Made by a program: the position numbers and the translations under genes. From positions 44,307 to 108,306 of the forward strand of contig JANXVF010000080.1 in the NCBI GenBank assembly GCA_025351785.1: a DNA stretch of 64,000 bases. Direction: 5' to 3'. The notes beneath the pieces were generated by a model that saw only the letters and a list, made by a program, of their open reading frames with translations, did not search any database and had not been told where the DNA came from. Positions 1 to 9,667 of this stretch are shown here, piece after piece (position 1 is the stretch's first letter; every line of letters begins with the position of its first letter). The stretch is from Flavobacterium sp. GTDB lineage: Bacteria > Bacteroidota > Bacteroidia > Flavobacteriales > Flavobacteriaceae.

Positions 1-1
1 T

Positions 2-313
2 AGACAGTTTTTACTCAAAAATTTATATTGGAAAGAACCAAATCAGTTGGATTTTCGGTTTAATTTAGTCGTTTTTAATAAAGAAATTGAAGTTATTGGG
101 ACAGCTTTACCCGAAAAAATGTTGTTCGAAAACCCTACATTATTTATACGAGGCGGAAACTCTAACTATATTTTAGATTCTGATTTACCATTAATTAAAA
201 CACACTTTCCAAATTTTGAATTAAAAACAATACCTAATGTTGGACATTGGTTGCATGTCGAAAATCCTAAATTATTTTTTGAAATTACTCGAGAATTTCT
301 TAAATTTGAATAA
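2..313 (+). CDS. Alpha/beta hydrolase (YbfF-like esterase), 5'-truncated by the window edge
   Basis: The frame is open from nt 2 (RQFLLKNLYWKEPNQLDFRFNL...). It carries LFIRGGNSNYI and the C-terminal catalytic-His motif GHWLHVENP. The ORF-track start at 47 is an internal TTG. Confidence 0.85.
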   Translation, partial: RQFLLKNLYWKEPNQLDFRFNLVVFNKEIEVIGTALPEKMLFENPTLFIRGGNSNYILDSDLPLIKTHFPNFELKTIPNVGHWLHVENPKLFFEITREFLKFE

Positions 314-332
314 ATCTAAAATAAAATAACAA

Positions 333-680
333 ATGAACACACTACTCAGAATTATTATAACTGCAGTTTTAGTAATGATTATTACACACTTTTTTCCATC
401 TATTGCTCAGGTTGATAGCCTTAAAACTTCATTTATTGTAGCTTTAGTATTAGGACTTTTAAACTTGTTTGTAAAACCAATTTTGGTGTTATTAACTTTT
501 CCAATTACTTTGATAACGTTAGGTTTATTTTTGTTAGTAATAAATGCTGCAATCATAATTTTGTGCTCAAATATTGTTCGCGGTTTTAAAGTAGACGGAT
601 TTATAGGTGCATTAATTTTTAGTATTGTACTCTCATTATCACAATCTTTGCTATATAAACTCATAGCTCAAGATAAATAA
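333..680 (+). CDS. Four-TM phage holin family (YvlD-like) membrane protein
   Basis: Hydrophobic 115 aa with the motif LGLLNLFVKPILVLLTFPITLITLGLFLLVINA. Confidence 0.85.
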   Translation: MNTLLRIIITAVLVMIITHFFPSIAQVDSLKTSFIVALVLGLLNLFVKPILVLLTFPITLITLGLFLLVINAAIIILCSNIVRGFKVDGFIGALIFSIVLSLSQSLLYKLIAQDK

Positions 681-866
681 TGGCTACCTTTTGCATCTTT
701 TTTTAACTGTTAAAGTTCTTAAAAAAAATATTTAGTTAATGTTATAAATCATTGATATTATTTTTTTTTAGATTTTTTTTAAATAGATATTGTCTTCAGT
801 AAAATATCTATTTCTATACATCGATAAAAAAGCAATTTATCAACAAATATTTATACAAAATTTTAA

Positions 867-898
867 CTTGTTTGGATTGTAAAAAATTAGTACTTTTG
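867..898 (+). promoter_or_regulatory. Bacteroidota housekeeping sigma promoter for tig
   Basis: CTTG (867-870), 20-nt spacer, then TACTTTTG (891-898), matching TTTG-N~20-TAnnTTTG. Confidence 0.75.
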
Positions 899-918
899 CA
901 ACCCAAAATTAGTATAAA

Positions 919-2244
919 ATGGATATTAAAAGAGTAGCAATTGATGCTGTAAACGAGGTTATTGTGCTTACAGTTCCTCACATGGATTATAAAGGACAAG
1001 TAGCCAAAAGAATTAATGAAAAAATGCCTTTGGCAACTGTAAAAGGATTTCGAAAAGGAGCCGTACCAAAAGCCTTAGTCGAAAAGCAATATGGTGCAGT
1101 AATAAAAATTGAAGAGGTTATGAAAGTTGTAGATCTTGCTTTACAACGTTACATTCAGACGGAGAGATTAAACTTGTTGGGAACACCTCTTTTAAAGCAA
1201 AACGAAAATTTTTCTTGGGAAAATGAGGAGTTGATTTTTGAATATGAAGTAGGTTTGGCACCACAATTTGAAATAAATTTAGAGGCAGAAAATTCTATAG
1301 TAAAATATCAAATTATTGCTGACGAAACCATGCTGAATGGGCAAGTAGCTCGAATTCAAAAGCAATATGGAGCCGTAATTTCAAAAGATGTTGTTTCAGA
1401 GGGAAATGATGTTTCTGGAAGTTTTGAAAACCAAACGGCAGGAATAAAAAACAGGACCACAATCGATTTAGAAGAATTTGCAGATGCAACTGTGGCTTCT
1501 TCTTTTATTGGAAAAAAAGTTGGCGATGTCATAAATTTAAACACAAAAGGTTTGTTTCATGATGCACACAAATTAATGGATTATCTTGCAGTTTCGCACG
1601 ATGATGTTCATGATTTGAATGTAGATGTTACTTTTACTATTGACGAAGTTGTGGCTCATGAACCTGCTACTCTAAACCAAGAATTATTTGATAAAGTTTT
1701 TGGAGAAGGTAAAATTAGTACTTTAGATGAATTGAAAGCTAAAATTAAAGAGGACGCAGAAAAACAATTTGAAAAACAAGCCGAACAAAAGTTAATGGTC
1801 GATGTTCAGGATTTTTTAATTGAAAGTCATAATTTTGAGTTGCCAAAAGAGTTTTTAATCAAATGGTTACAAACAGTTGGCGATAAAAAATTATCACCAT
1901 CAGAAGCTGAAGTTGAGTATAATCGCTCAGAAAAAGGATTGCGTTTTCAGCTTATTGAAGGTAAAGCCCTTGCAGAAAGTGATATAAAAGTCAATTTTCA
2001 AGATTTAAAAGATTTTACTACCAATTCTATTCGACAACAAATGGCACAGTTTGGAAATATGAATCCAACAGATCAAGAGGTTGAAGGGATTGTAGCTAGA
2101 GTTTTGTCAAATCAAGAAGAAGTAAAACGAATGTCAGAGCAAGTTGTTGCTGCAAAAATGCTTAAATTATTTGTAGAAAAAGCAAATCCGACAACTAAAG
2201 AGGTTACCTACGAAGAGTTTGTTAAAGCAATGTACAACGAATAA
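919..2244 (+). CDS. tig: Trigger factor
   Basis: 441 aa with the ribosome-binding motif VKGFRKGAVP; sits upstream of clpP-clpX. Confidence 0.95.
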   Translation: MDIKRVAIDAVNEVIVLTVPHMDYKGQVAKRINEKMPLATVKGFRKGAVPKALVEKQYGAVIKIEEVMKVVDLALQRYIQTERLNLLGTPLLKQNENFSWENEELIFEYEVGLAPQFEINLEAENSIVKYQIIADETMLNGQVARIQKQYGAVISKDVVSEGNDVSGSFENQTAGIKNRTTIDLEEFADATVASSFIGKKVGDVINLNTKGLFHDAHKLMDYLAVSHDDVHDLNVDVTFTIDEVVAHEPATLNQELFDKVFGEGKISTLDELKAKIKEDAEKQFEKQAEQKLMVDVQDFLIESHNFELPKEFLIKWLQTVGDKKLSPSEAEVEYNRSEKGLRFQLIEGKALAESDIKVNFQDLKDFTTNSIRQQMAQFGNMNPTDQEVEGIVARVLSNQEEVKRMSEQVVAAKMLKLFVEKANPTTKEVTYEEFVKAMYNE

Positions 2245-2261
2245 ATTATAAAAATAAATAG

Positions 2262-2298
2262 TATATTTGAGCGTCAATTATTTATATTTTTGACGCTC
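2262..2298 (+). promoter_or_regulatory. -7 promoter box TATATTTG overlapping a 9-bp hairpin (likely tig terminator plus clpP promoter)
   Basis: TATATTTG at 2262-2269; GAGCGTCAA (2269-2277) pairs with TTGACGCTC (2290-2298). Confidence 0.6.
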
Positions 2299-2394
2299 GT
2301 TTGCTTAAAAATAGTATTTATTTAGACAAATTGTCATACTTCTATAAATGGAATAAAAATTGTTAAAATTTAGTATAATTAAAAATATATAAAA

Positions 2395-3066
2395 ATGAAC
2401 TACGGAAAAGAGTTTAAAAAATTCGCAACAAAACACCAAGGTGTAAATGCAATGTATTATGACAAAATAATTGGAGCGATGACTCCAACAAACATGACTC
2501 CATACATTATTGAAGAGCGTCAATTAAATGTATCTCAGCTTGATGTTTTTTCACGATTGATGATGGATCGTATTATCTTTTTAGGAACAGGAATTGATGA
2601 TCAAATAGCAAACATTGTTCAAGCACAATTATTGTTTTTAGAAAGCGCAGATGCATCAAAAGATATACAAATTTATCTTAACTCTCCAGGCGGAAGTGTA
2701 TATGCAGGACTCGGAATTTATGATACAATGCAGTATATAAAACCAGATGTTGCTACAATTTGCACCGGGATGGCAGCCTCTATGGGTGCAGTTTTGCTTT
2801 GTGCTGGAGCTCCAGGAAAACGCTCGGCATTGCCACACTCTAGAGTTATGATTCATCAACCATCTGGTGGCGCACAAGGAGTTGCAACTGATATGGAAAT
2901 CAACTTACGAGAAATGCTAAAATTGAAAGATGAATTATATAAAATAATTTCGTCTCATTCAGGACAAACTTTTGATAAAGTTCATAAAGATTCTGAAAGA
3001 GATTATTGGATGATTGCCGACGAGGCTAAAGAATATGGTATGATAGACGAAGTATTAAGAAGATAA
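2395..3066 (+). CDS. clpP: ATP-dependent Clp protease proteolytic subunit
   Basis: YLNSPGGSV, catalytic Ser in AASMGA, MIHQPSGG, ERDYWM. Confidence 0.97.
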   Translation: MNYGKEFKKFATKHQGVNAMYYDKIIGAMTPTNMTPYIIEERQLNVSQLDVFSRLMMDRIIFLGTGIDDQIANIVQAQLLFLESADASKDIQIYLNSPGGSVYAGLGIYDTMQYIKPDVATICTGMAASMGAVLLCAGAPGKRSALPHSRVMIHQPSGGAQGVATDMEINLREMLKLKDELYKIISSHSGQTFDKVHKDSERDYWMIADEAKEYGMIDEVLRR

Positions 3067-3135
3067 ATTTAAGTAATTAGTTGTTAGTAAATAGTTAAAG
3101 CTATTTACCAATTACTTTTCACTAATCACTAAAAA

Positions 3136-4371
3136 ATGGCAAAAGAAACCCTTGAATGTTCTTTCTGCGGAAGGAAAAAATCTGATACCAATTTATTAAT
3201 TGCGGGAATAAATGCACATATTTGCGATCGCTGTATAGAGCAAGCTCACGGAATAGTTTTAGAAGAATTAAAAACAAACGGAAACTCAAAAAAAGTTGTT
3301 TCTGATTTAATTTTACGAAAACCCAAAGAAATTAGAGCATTTCTCGATGAATATGTTATTGGTCAAGATCAAACAAAAAAAGTTATGTCTGTTGCAGTTT
3401 ACAATCATTATAAAAGATTGATGCAACAAAATTCTAATGATGATGTTGAGATAGAAAAATCAAATATCATAATGGTTGGACAAACAGGAACTGGAAAAAC
3501 TTTGGTTGCCAAAACAATAGCAAAAATGCTTGATGTTCCACTTGCAATAGTAGATGCAACAGTTTTGACCGAAGCGGGATATGTTGGAGAAGATGTAGAA
3601 AGTATTCTTACCAGATTATTACAAGCGTCAGATTATGATGTTACAAAAGCAGAAAGAGGTATTGTTTTTATTGACGAAATTGATAAAATTGCACGAAAAA
3701 GCGACAACCCATCAATCACTCGAGATGTGTCTGGCGAAGGTGTTCAACAAGCGTTACTGAAACTTCTTGAAGGTACAGTTGTCAATGTACCACCAAAAGG
3801 AGGACGAAAACATCCTGACCAAAAGTTTGTTGAGGTCAATACCCAAAACATTTTGTTTATAGCCGGAGGAGCTTTTGATGGTATTGACCGAATAATTTCT
3901 AAACGCCTTAACCGTCAAGCAATTGGTTATAGTACATCTCAAAATGCAGATAATATTGATAAAGAAAACTTGTTACAATACATAATTCCAAAAGACATAA
4001 AAGATTTTGGATTAATTCCTGAAATAATAGGTCGTTTGCCCGTTTTAACACACATGGACCCTTTAGATAGAGATACTTTAAGAGCTATTTTAACAAAACC
4101 AAAAAATGCTTTAATAAAACAATATCAAAAATTGTTTTTAATGGACGAAGTACAATTTACCATTTCTGATGAAGCTTTAGATTTTATAGTTTCAAAAGCT
4201 TTAGAATATAAACTTGGTGCTCGAGGTTTACGCTCATTATGTGAGGCAATTTTGACCGATGCTATGTATGATTTACCAAGTTCAGATGAAAAGAAATTAC
4301 ATATTGACAAATCGTATACAGAAGATGCATTAAATAAAAATCTATTAAAACGTTTGGAAATAGCTTCTTAA
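3136..4371 (+). CDS. clpX: Clp protease ATP-binding subunit
   Basis: N-terminal C4 zinc finger (CSFC...CDRC), Walker A GQTGTGKT, Walker B IDEIDK, GRKHP loop, GARGLR. Confidence 0.97.
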   Translation: MAKETLECSFCGRKKSDTNLLIAGINAHICDRCIEQAHGIVLEELKTNGNSKKVVSDLILRKPKEIRAFLDEYVIGQDQTKKVMSVAVYNHYKRLMQQNSNDDVEIEKSNIIMVGQTGTGKTLVAKTIAKMLDVPLAIVDATVLTEAGYVGEDVESILTRLLQASDYDVTKAERGIVFIDEIDKIARKSDNPSITRDVSGEGVQQALLKLLEGTVVNVPPKGGRKHPDQKFVEVNTQNILFIAGGAFDGIDRIISKRLNRQAIGYSTSQNADNIDKENLLQYIIPKDIKDFGLIPEIIGRLPVLTHMDPLDRDTLRAILTKPKNALIKQYQKLFLMDEVQFTISDEALDFIVSKALEYKLGARGLRSLCEAILTDAMYDLPSSDEKKLHIDKSYTEDALNKNLLKRLEIAS

Positions 4372-4397
4372 CACAATATAAATAATTTTAATAAATT

Positions 4398-4428
4398 AAA
4401 AAACCACATGTAAGGATGTGGTTTTTTT
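4398..4428. terminator. Bidirectional intrinsic terminator between clpX and the SPOR gene
   Basis: AAAAAACCACAT-gtaagg-ATGTGGTTTTTT lies between convergent genes. Confidence 0.85.
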
Positions 4429-4443
4429 ATGGATACATCCAAA

Positions 4444-4833
4444 TTAAGAACTAGGTTTAATGAGCATTAAACTCGGATATTTTTTTCTTAAAGCAATAAT
4501 ATTTTTTTCAGCTTCAATTCGTGTTTTATAATTTCCAACCCAAACCTTGTAATAAGGTGTGCTGAAAACTAGTGTTGCATCTTGATTTTTAAATTCTTTT
4601 TTAAATTCTATTAAAACTTTTTTGGATTCATCACTTGTGCCGTTAAAAATTTGGATTTTATAACAACTAGAAACCGAAATAGATGAGTTTACTTTTCGTT
4701 TTTCGTTTAAAAGTTGTTCAAAATTTTTGTCTTGATTCACAACCACACCTTGACCAAAAGTATGCACTGTTGACGAAAAAAAGATTGAATAAAAAGTTAA
4801 TTTTAAAATAGATAAATAAGATTTAAATTCCAT
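4444..4833 (-). CDS. SPOR domain-containing exported protein
   Basis: Signal peptide followed by YKIQIFNG...PYYKVWVGNYKTRIEAEK, a SPOR-like pattern. Confidence 0.8.
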   Translation of the reverse strand: MEFKSYLSILKLTFYSIFFSSTVHTFGQGVVVNQDKNFEQLLNEKRKVNSSISVSSCYKIQIFNGTSDESKKVLIEFKKEFKNQDATLVFSTPYYKVWVGNYKTRIEAEKNIIALRKKYPSLMLIKPSS

Positions 4834-4935
4834 AATGATTTGATTTAGATGTAAATGTATTAGTGCTTTTATAAAATAGATGGATTATTACTATTTAGAA
4901 TTATTATAAATTAATAATTAAGATATATATATGGT

Positions 4936-4965
4936 TTTGTGAATAGTATAGATGTCGTATTTTTG
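4936..4965 (+). promoter_or_regulatory. Housekeeping sigma promoter of the act-cta operon
   Basis: TTTG (4936-4939), 18-nt spacer, TATTTTTG (4958-4965). Confidence 0.7.
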
Positions 4966-5045
4966 TGCTTGTTTTTAAAAAAGATATGATTTTATACAAT
5001 GTAGTAGAAAAATCATGCCAAAAATAGTCGAAAATTATTTACGAT

Positions 5046-6413
5046 ATGAAAAAAATGGGTAACCATAATTCGATTTCAAGAATTTACTTATTTAGCCTAG
5101 CTTTATTGCTAACTTTTTCTTTACCATCATTTTCTCAAGAAACTGCAGTTGCATCAAAAGTTGCCACTCCACCAGCGGCCGCTCCTGCTACAACTGCTGT
5201 TGCTGCGGTAGCTACTTCTACAGCAGATCCAGTCAAAGGAAAAGAATTATTTAACGGCAATTGCGCATCATGCCACAAACTAGATGCTAAAATGACTGGG
5301 CCAGCTTTAAGAAACGTTGCTGAGCGACACAAAAAAGATTGGTTTTATGGCTGGATTCATAATAGTACAGCTTTAATAAAATCTGGTGATGCTGATGCTG
5401 TTAAATTGTGGGAAGAAAATAAGCCGTCGGTAATGACTGCATTTCCAAATTTATCAAATGTTGATATTGATAATATTATTGCCTATACATCTGAGCCAAT
5501 TGCTGCATCTGTAGTACCAGTTATCTCTACTAACACTTTGCCAGGTGGTGGTGGAGCGACAGATTCTAGTATATCTAATAGTCTCATTCTTGGAGTACTT
5601 GGGTTTGTTTTAGCATTGTTAGTTGTTTTGTTATTCATGGTAAATAACATATTAACCAAAGTTGCAAAAGCAAACGGTATTGAAATTACCTCTAAAAAAA
5701 TTGACTTTCTCAATATACCAAGAGCATTTGTAAAAAATCAGTTTTTAATTTTTGTATCAGTTGTGTTTTTGATGTTGATGAGTGCATATTTTGTATATGG
5801 TTTCCTTATGCAAATTGGCGTAGATCAAGATTATCAACCCATACAACCTATTCACTATTCTCACAGAATACATGCTGGAAGTAATGGTATAAATTGTAAA
5901 TATTGCCATTCTGCCGCAAGAGTAAGCAAGAATGCTGGTATTCCTTCCTTGAATATTTGTATGAACTGTCATAAAAATATTGCTGAGGTTTCAGATACTA
6001 CTGCTACCCCAGATCACACAAAAGCTTTTTATGATGGCGAAATTAAAAAGTTATACACTGCAGTTGGTTGGGATCAAACAACTCAAAAATATACAGGTAA
6101 AACGCAACCAGTAAAATGGGTTAGAATACATAATTTACCAGATTTTGCATATTTCAATCACTCTCAACACGTTACAGTAGCTGGTATAGAGTGTCAAAAA
6201 TGTCACGGACCCGTTCAAACTTATGAAATTCAGAAACAATTTGCTCCACTAACTATGGGTTGGTGTATCAATTGTCACCGACAAACAGAAGTTAAAATGC
6301 AAGGCAATCCTTATTACACAAAAATACATGACGAGCTGTCGAAAAAATATGGTGTAGACAAATTGACTGCCGCGCAAATGGGAGGTTTAGAGTGTGGCAA
6401 GTGTCATTACTAA
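5046..6413 (+). CDS. actA: Alternative complex III multiheme cytochrome c subunit (monoheme plus pentaheme)
   Basis: Six CxxCH motifs (CASCH, CKYCH, CMNCH, CQKCH, CINCH, CGKCH); first gene of the act operon. Confidence 0.92.
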   Translation: MKKMGNHNSISRIYLFSLALLLTFSLPSFSQETAVASKVATPPAAAPATTAVAAVATSTADPVKGKELFNGNCASCHKLDAKMTGPALRNVAERHKKDWFYGWIHNSTALIKSGDADAVKLWEENKPSVMTAFPNLSNVDIDNIIAYTSEPIAASVVPVISTNTLPGGGGATDSSISNSLILGVLGFVLALLVVLLFMVNNILTKVAKANGIEITSKKIDFLNIPRAFVKNQFLIFVSVVFLMLMSAYFVYGFLMQIGVDQDYQPIQPIHYSHRIHAGSNGINCKYCHSAARVSKNAGIPSLNICMNCHKNIAEVSDTTATPDHTKAFYDGEIKKLYTAVGWDQTTQKYTGKTQPVKWVRIHNLPDFAYFNHSQHVTVAGIECQKCHGPVQTYEIQKQFAPLTMGWCINCHRQTEVKMQGNPYYTKIHDELSKKYGVDKLTAAQMGGLECGKCHY

Positions 6414-6482
6414 TAGGTTTATCTAATCGAAAAGTAAGAATTAAGATTTAAAAATAATTAAGAAAGCTAATATTTATATACA

Positions 6483-9400
6483 ATGTCATCTAACAAAAAA
6501 TACTGGAAAAGTGTTGAGGAACTAAACGAAAATAGTTCTATTGTTGAGACGCTTAGAAATAACGAATTTGTTGAAGAAATTCCAACCGCAGATTTTTTAT
6601 CTAGCGATTCTTTATCATCTTCAACAACTTCTCGTCGTGATTTCTTAAAGTACGTTGGATTTACAACTGCTGCAGCATCTTTAGCGGCTTGCGAGGGTCC
6701 AGTTCATAAATCAATACCTTATGTTGTACAACCAGAGTCTATTATTCCTGGTGTTGCAGATTATTATGCGACAACTATGTTTGATGGATTTGATTTTGCA
6801 AATCTTTTAATTAAAACGCGTGAAGGTCGTCCCATAAAAATAGAAAATAATACTATCGAAGGAGCAAAGTTTGCTGCCAATGCTAGAGTTCATGCATCGG
6901 TTTTATCTTTGTATGATAGTATGCGTTTAAAATTTCCAAAAATAAATTCTAAAAATGCCACTTGGAGCGAAGTTGATTTAAAAATAAAAACAAGCATAAC
7001 AGAGGCTAAAACAGTTGGCAAACAAATAGTTTTGTTAACGAATACTCTTGCAAGTCCTTCTACTGAGAAACTTGTTACAGATTTTATTTCTAAAAACCCA
7101 ACTGCTAAACATATTATATATGATTCTGTTTCAGAATCTCCTGCATTAGACGCTTACGAAACTGTTTATGGTGAAAGAGGGTTAGTAGATTATGATTTTT
7201 CAAAAGCAACAGGTGTTATTGTTTCTTTAGATGCAGATTTTCTAGGAGACTGGCAAGGTGGAGGTTTTGATTCTGGCTTTGCTCAAGTTAGAGTTCCAAA
7301 ATCTGGTAAAATGACCAAATTTTTTCAGTTTGAAGCAAATATGACATTATCTGGAGCTGGAGCCGATAAGAGAATTCCGATGACTATTGCGAATCAAAAA
7401 CAAGCTCTTGTTAAAATATACAATATTATTACTAATTCTACTATTCCAACTGGCAAAATTGTAAATGAAGCTGAAGTTCAAAAGGCAGCTCAACAGTTAA
7501 AAGCAGCTGGAAATAAAGGTGTTTTAGTTTCAGGGATACAAGATAAAAATGCTCAACTTTTAGTTTTGGCTATTAATCAAGTTCTCTCTAGCGAGGCTTT
7601 TGTTGGAGTTGGTGTGCGTTACATAAGAAAAGGATCTAATGAAAAGGTAGCTCAATTAATATCAGATATGAATGCGGGAAGTGTGCATACATTAATTATG
7701 AGTGGTGTAAATCCCGTGTATACTTTAGCAAATAGTAAAGCTTTTGAAAGCGGACTTAAAAAAGTTAAATTATCAGTTGCGTTTTCACTGAAAGAAGACG
7801 AAACTGCCGAAAAAACTACAATTGCTGCGGCTACGCCACACTATTTAGAATCTTGGAATGACCACGAATTAGTAAAAGGAACCTATTGCTTAACACAGCC
7901 AACTATTCGCCCTTTATTTAATACAAAACAATTTCAAGAGGCTTTAATGTCTTGGAATGGAGTTACAGGTTCTTATTATGATTATATAAAATCAAATTCA
8001 ACCTTCATGATAACAGGGAGTTCTTGGAACAAAGTACTTCATGATGGATTAATTTTCTCTGGGACAGCTAGTGTTGCTGGAGGCACAGCCGATTACGCAA
8101 GTGCTGCTAGTGCACTCGTAAGTTCAAAAGCTAGTGCTGATTATGAATTAATACTTTACACCAAAACTGGTTTAGGAGACGGTCAACAAGCTAACAACCC
8201 TTGGCTACAGGAGTTTCCTGATCCAATAACCAGAGTTTCATGGGATAATTATGTTACAGTTTCTATTTCAGATTCTAAAAAGTTAGGTCTTGAAAATAGA
8301 ATTGTAGCTAACGGTGGATTAAACGGAAGTTATGCTGATTTAGATGTTAATGGAATAAAATTACAAAATGTACCTGTAATTGTTCAACCAGGACAAGCAA
8401 TTGGTACAGTAGGATTGGCACTAGGATATGGAAAAAAAGCTGCGCTAAAAGAAGAAATGCAAGTAGGATTGAATGCCTATTTGTTATACAATAATTTTAA
8501 TAATGTACAGTCTGTTAAAATTTCTAAAGCATCTGGAGAACATGAATTTGCATGTGTTCAATCTCAGAAAACACTAATGGGTAGAGGAGATATTGTAAGA
8601 GAAACTTCATTAGAGATTTTCAATACTGCTAAAGATGTTAAAATTTGGAACCCAGTACCTATGGTTTCTTTAGATCATAAAGAGGTCGAAGCAACTAAAG
8701 TAGATTTATGGGAACCTTTTGACAGATCAGTTGGACATCATTTTAATTTATCAATTGATTTGAATGCTTGTACAGGATGTGGTGCATGCGTTATTGCGTG
8801 CCATGCAGAAAATAACGTTCCCGTTGTAGGTAAAACAGAAGTAAGAAGAAGTCGAGATATGCACTGGTTGAGAATTGATAGATATTATTCATCTGAAGAT
8901 ACCTTTGAAGGCGACAATGAAAAGAAAGAAAATTTTGAGGGTTTATTTGGCGATAAAGGTTCACTAGGAGGTTTTGGTGAAATGGAAAGTCCTGCGGCAA
9001 ATCCGCAAGTTGCTTTCCAACCAGTAATGTGTCAACATTGTAATCATGCTCCATGTGAAACTGTTTGTCCAGTTGCTGCAACATCTCATAGTCGTCAAGG
9101 TCAAAACCATATGGCGTATAACAGATGTGTAGGAACTCGTTATTGTGCAAACAACTGTCCTTATAAAGTAAGAAGATTTAACTGGTTTTTGTATAACAAA
9201 AATAGTGAGTTTGATTATTTTATGAATGATGATTTAGGACGAATGGTTATAAATCCAGATGTAAATGTGCGTTCTCGTGGTGTTATGGAAAAATGTTCGA
9301 TGTGTATTCAAAAAACACAAAAAACAATATTAGATGCCAAACGTGACGGAAGAGTAATTAAAGATGGGGAGTTTCAAACTGCTTGTTCAAGCGCTTGCTC

Positions 9401-9545
9401 TACAGGAGCAATGGTATTTGGTGATATAAATGATAAAGAATCTAAAGTTGCTAGTTTAAAAGAAGATAAAAGAATGTATCATTTATTAGAACATGTGGGA
9501 ACAAAACCAAATGTAATTTATCATGTGAAAGTTAGAAATGTATAA
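6483..9545 (+). CDS. actB: Alternative complex III subunit B (molybdopterin-oxidoreductase-like domain plus Fe-S domain)
   Basis: TAT motif SRRDFLK, lipobox-like LAACEG, C-terminal ferredoxin motifs CTGCGAC, CQHCNHAPCETVCP and CVGTRYCANNCP. Confidence 0.93.
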   Translation: MSSNKKYWKSVEELNENSSIVETLRNNEFVEEIPTADFLSSDSLSSSTTSRRDFLKYVGFTTAAASLAACEGPVHKSIPYVVQPESIIPGVADYYATTMFDGFDFANLLIKTREGRPIKIENNTIEGAKFAANARVHASVLSLYDSMRLKFPKINSKNATWSEVDLKIKTSITEAKTVGKQIVLLTNTLASPSTEKLVTDFISKNPTAKHIIYDSVSESPALDAYETVYGERGLVDYDFSKATGVIVSLDADFLGDWQGGGFDSGFAQVRVPKSGKMTKFFQFEANMTLSGAGADKRIPMTIANQKQALVKIYNIITNSTIPTGKIVNEAEVQKAAQQLKAAGNKGVLVSGIQDKNAQLLVLAINQVLSSEAFVGVGVRYIRKGSNEKVAQLISDMNAGSVHTLIMSGVNPVYTLANSKAFESGLKKVKLSVAFSLKEDETAEKTTIAAATPHYLESWNDHELVKGTYCLTQPTIRPLFNTKQFQEALMSWNGVTGSYYDYIKSNSTFMITGSSWNKVLHDGLIFSGTASVAGGTADYASAASALVSSKASADYELILYTKTGLGDGQQANNPWLQEFPDPITRVSWDNYVTVSISDSKKLGLENRIVANGGLNGSYADLDVNGIKLQNVPVIVQPGQAIGTVGLALGYGKKAALKEEMQVGLNAYLLYNNFNNVQSVKISKASGEHEFACVQSQKTLMGRGDIVRETSLEIFNTAKDVKIWNPVPMVSLDHKEVEATKVDLWEPFDRSVGHHFNLSIDLNACTGCGACVIACHAENNVPVVGKTEVRRSRDMHWLRIDRYYSSEDTFEGDNEKKENFEGLFGDKGSLGGFGEMESPAANPQVAFQPVMCQHCNHAPCETVCPVAATSHSRQGQNHMAYNRCVGTRYCANNCPYKVRRFNWFLYNKNSEFDYFMNDDLGRMVINPDVNVRSRGVMEKCSMCIQKTQKTILDAKRDGRVIKDGEFQTACSSACSTGAMVFGDINDKESKVASLKEDKRMYHLLEHVGTKPNVIYHVKVRNV

Positions 9546-9667
9546 AACTAATTTTCATATATAATTAAGTTAATAAGAAACAAAGTAATATAAATTATAG
9601 GTTTTACAGATTTGATTACTATTTATAGACTAATCATTATTATAAAATCAAAAACTAAAATCAAATT

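Noticed and set aside
333-680. Phage holin family gene as a sign of a prophage
   Set aside because: There is no integrase, endolysin or structural gene nearby; it is flanked by housekeeping genes, and this family is commonly chromosomal.
700-840. Long A/T homopolymer runs upstream of tig as a phase-variation tract
   Set aside because: They lie outside coding sequence and outside the promoter spacer, and are expected in DNA this AT-rich.
5006-5021. TTGGCATGATTTTTCT on the minus strand as a sigma54 promoter for the SPOR gene
   Set aside because: The -24 element is good but the -12 reads TTCT rather than TTG(C/T); too weak to call.
6483-9545. ActB as a functional molybdopterin oxidoreductase
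   Set aside because: The operon context identifies it as the alternative complex III subunit, which is known to lack the Mo cofactor.
9546-9667. 122-bp gap between actB and actC as a hidden sRNA, small ORF or internal promoter
   Set aside because: No stable hairpin, TAnnTTTG box or credible ORF was found.
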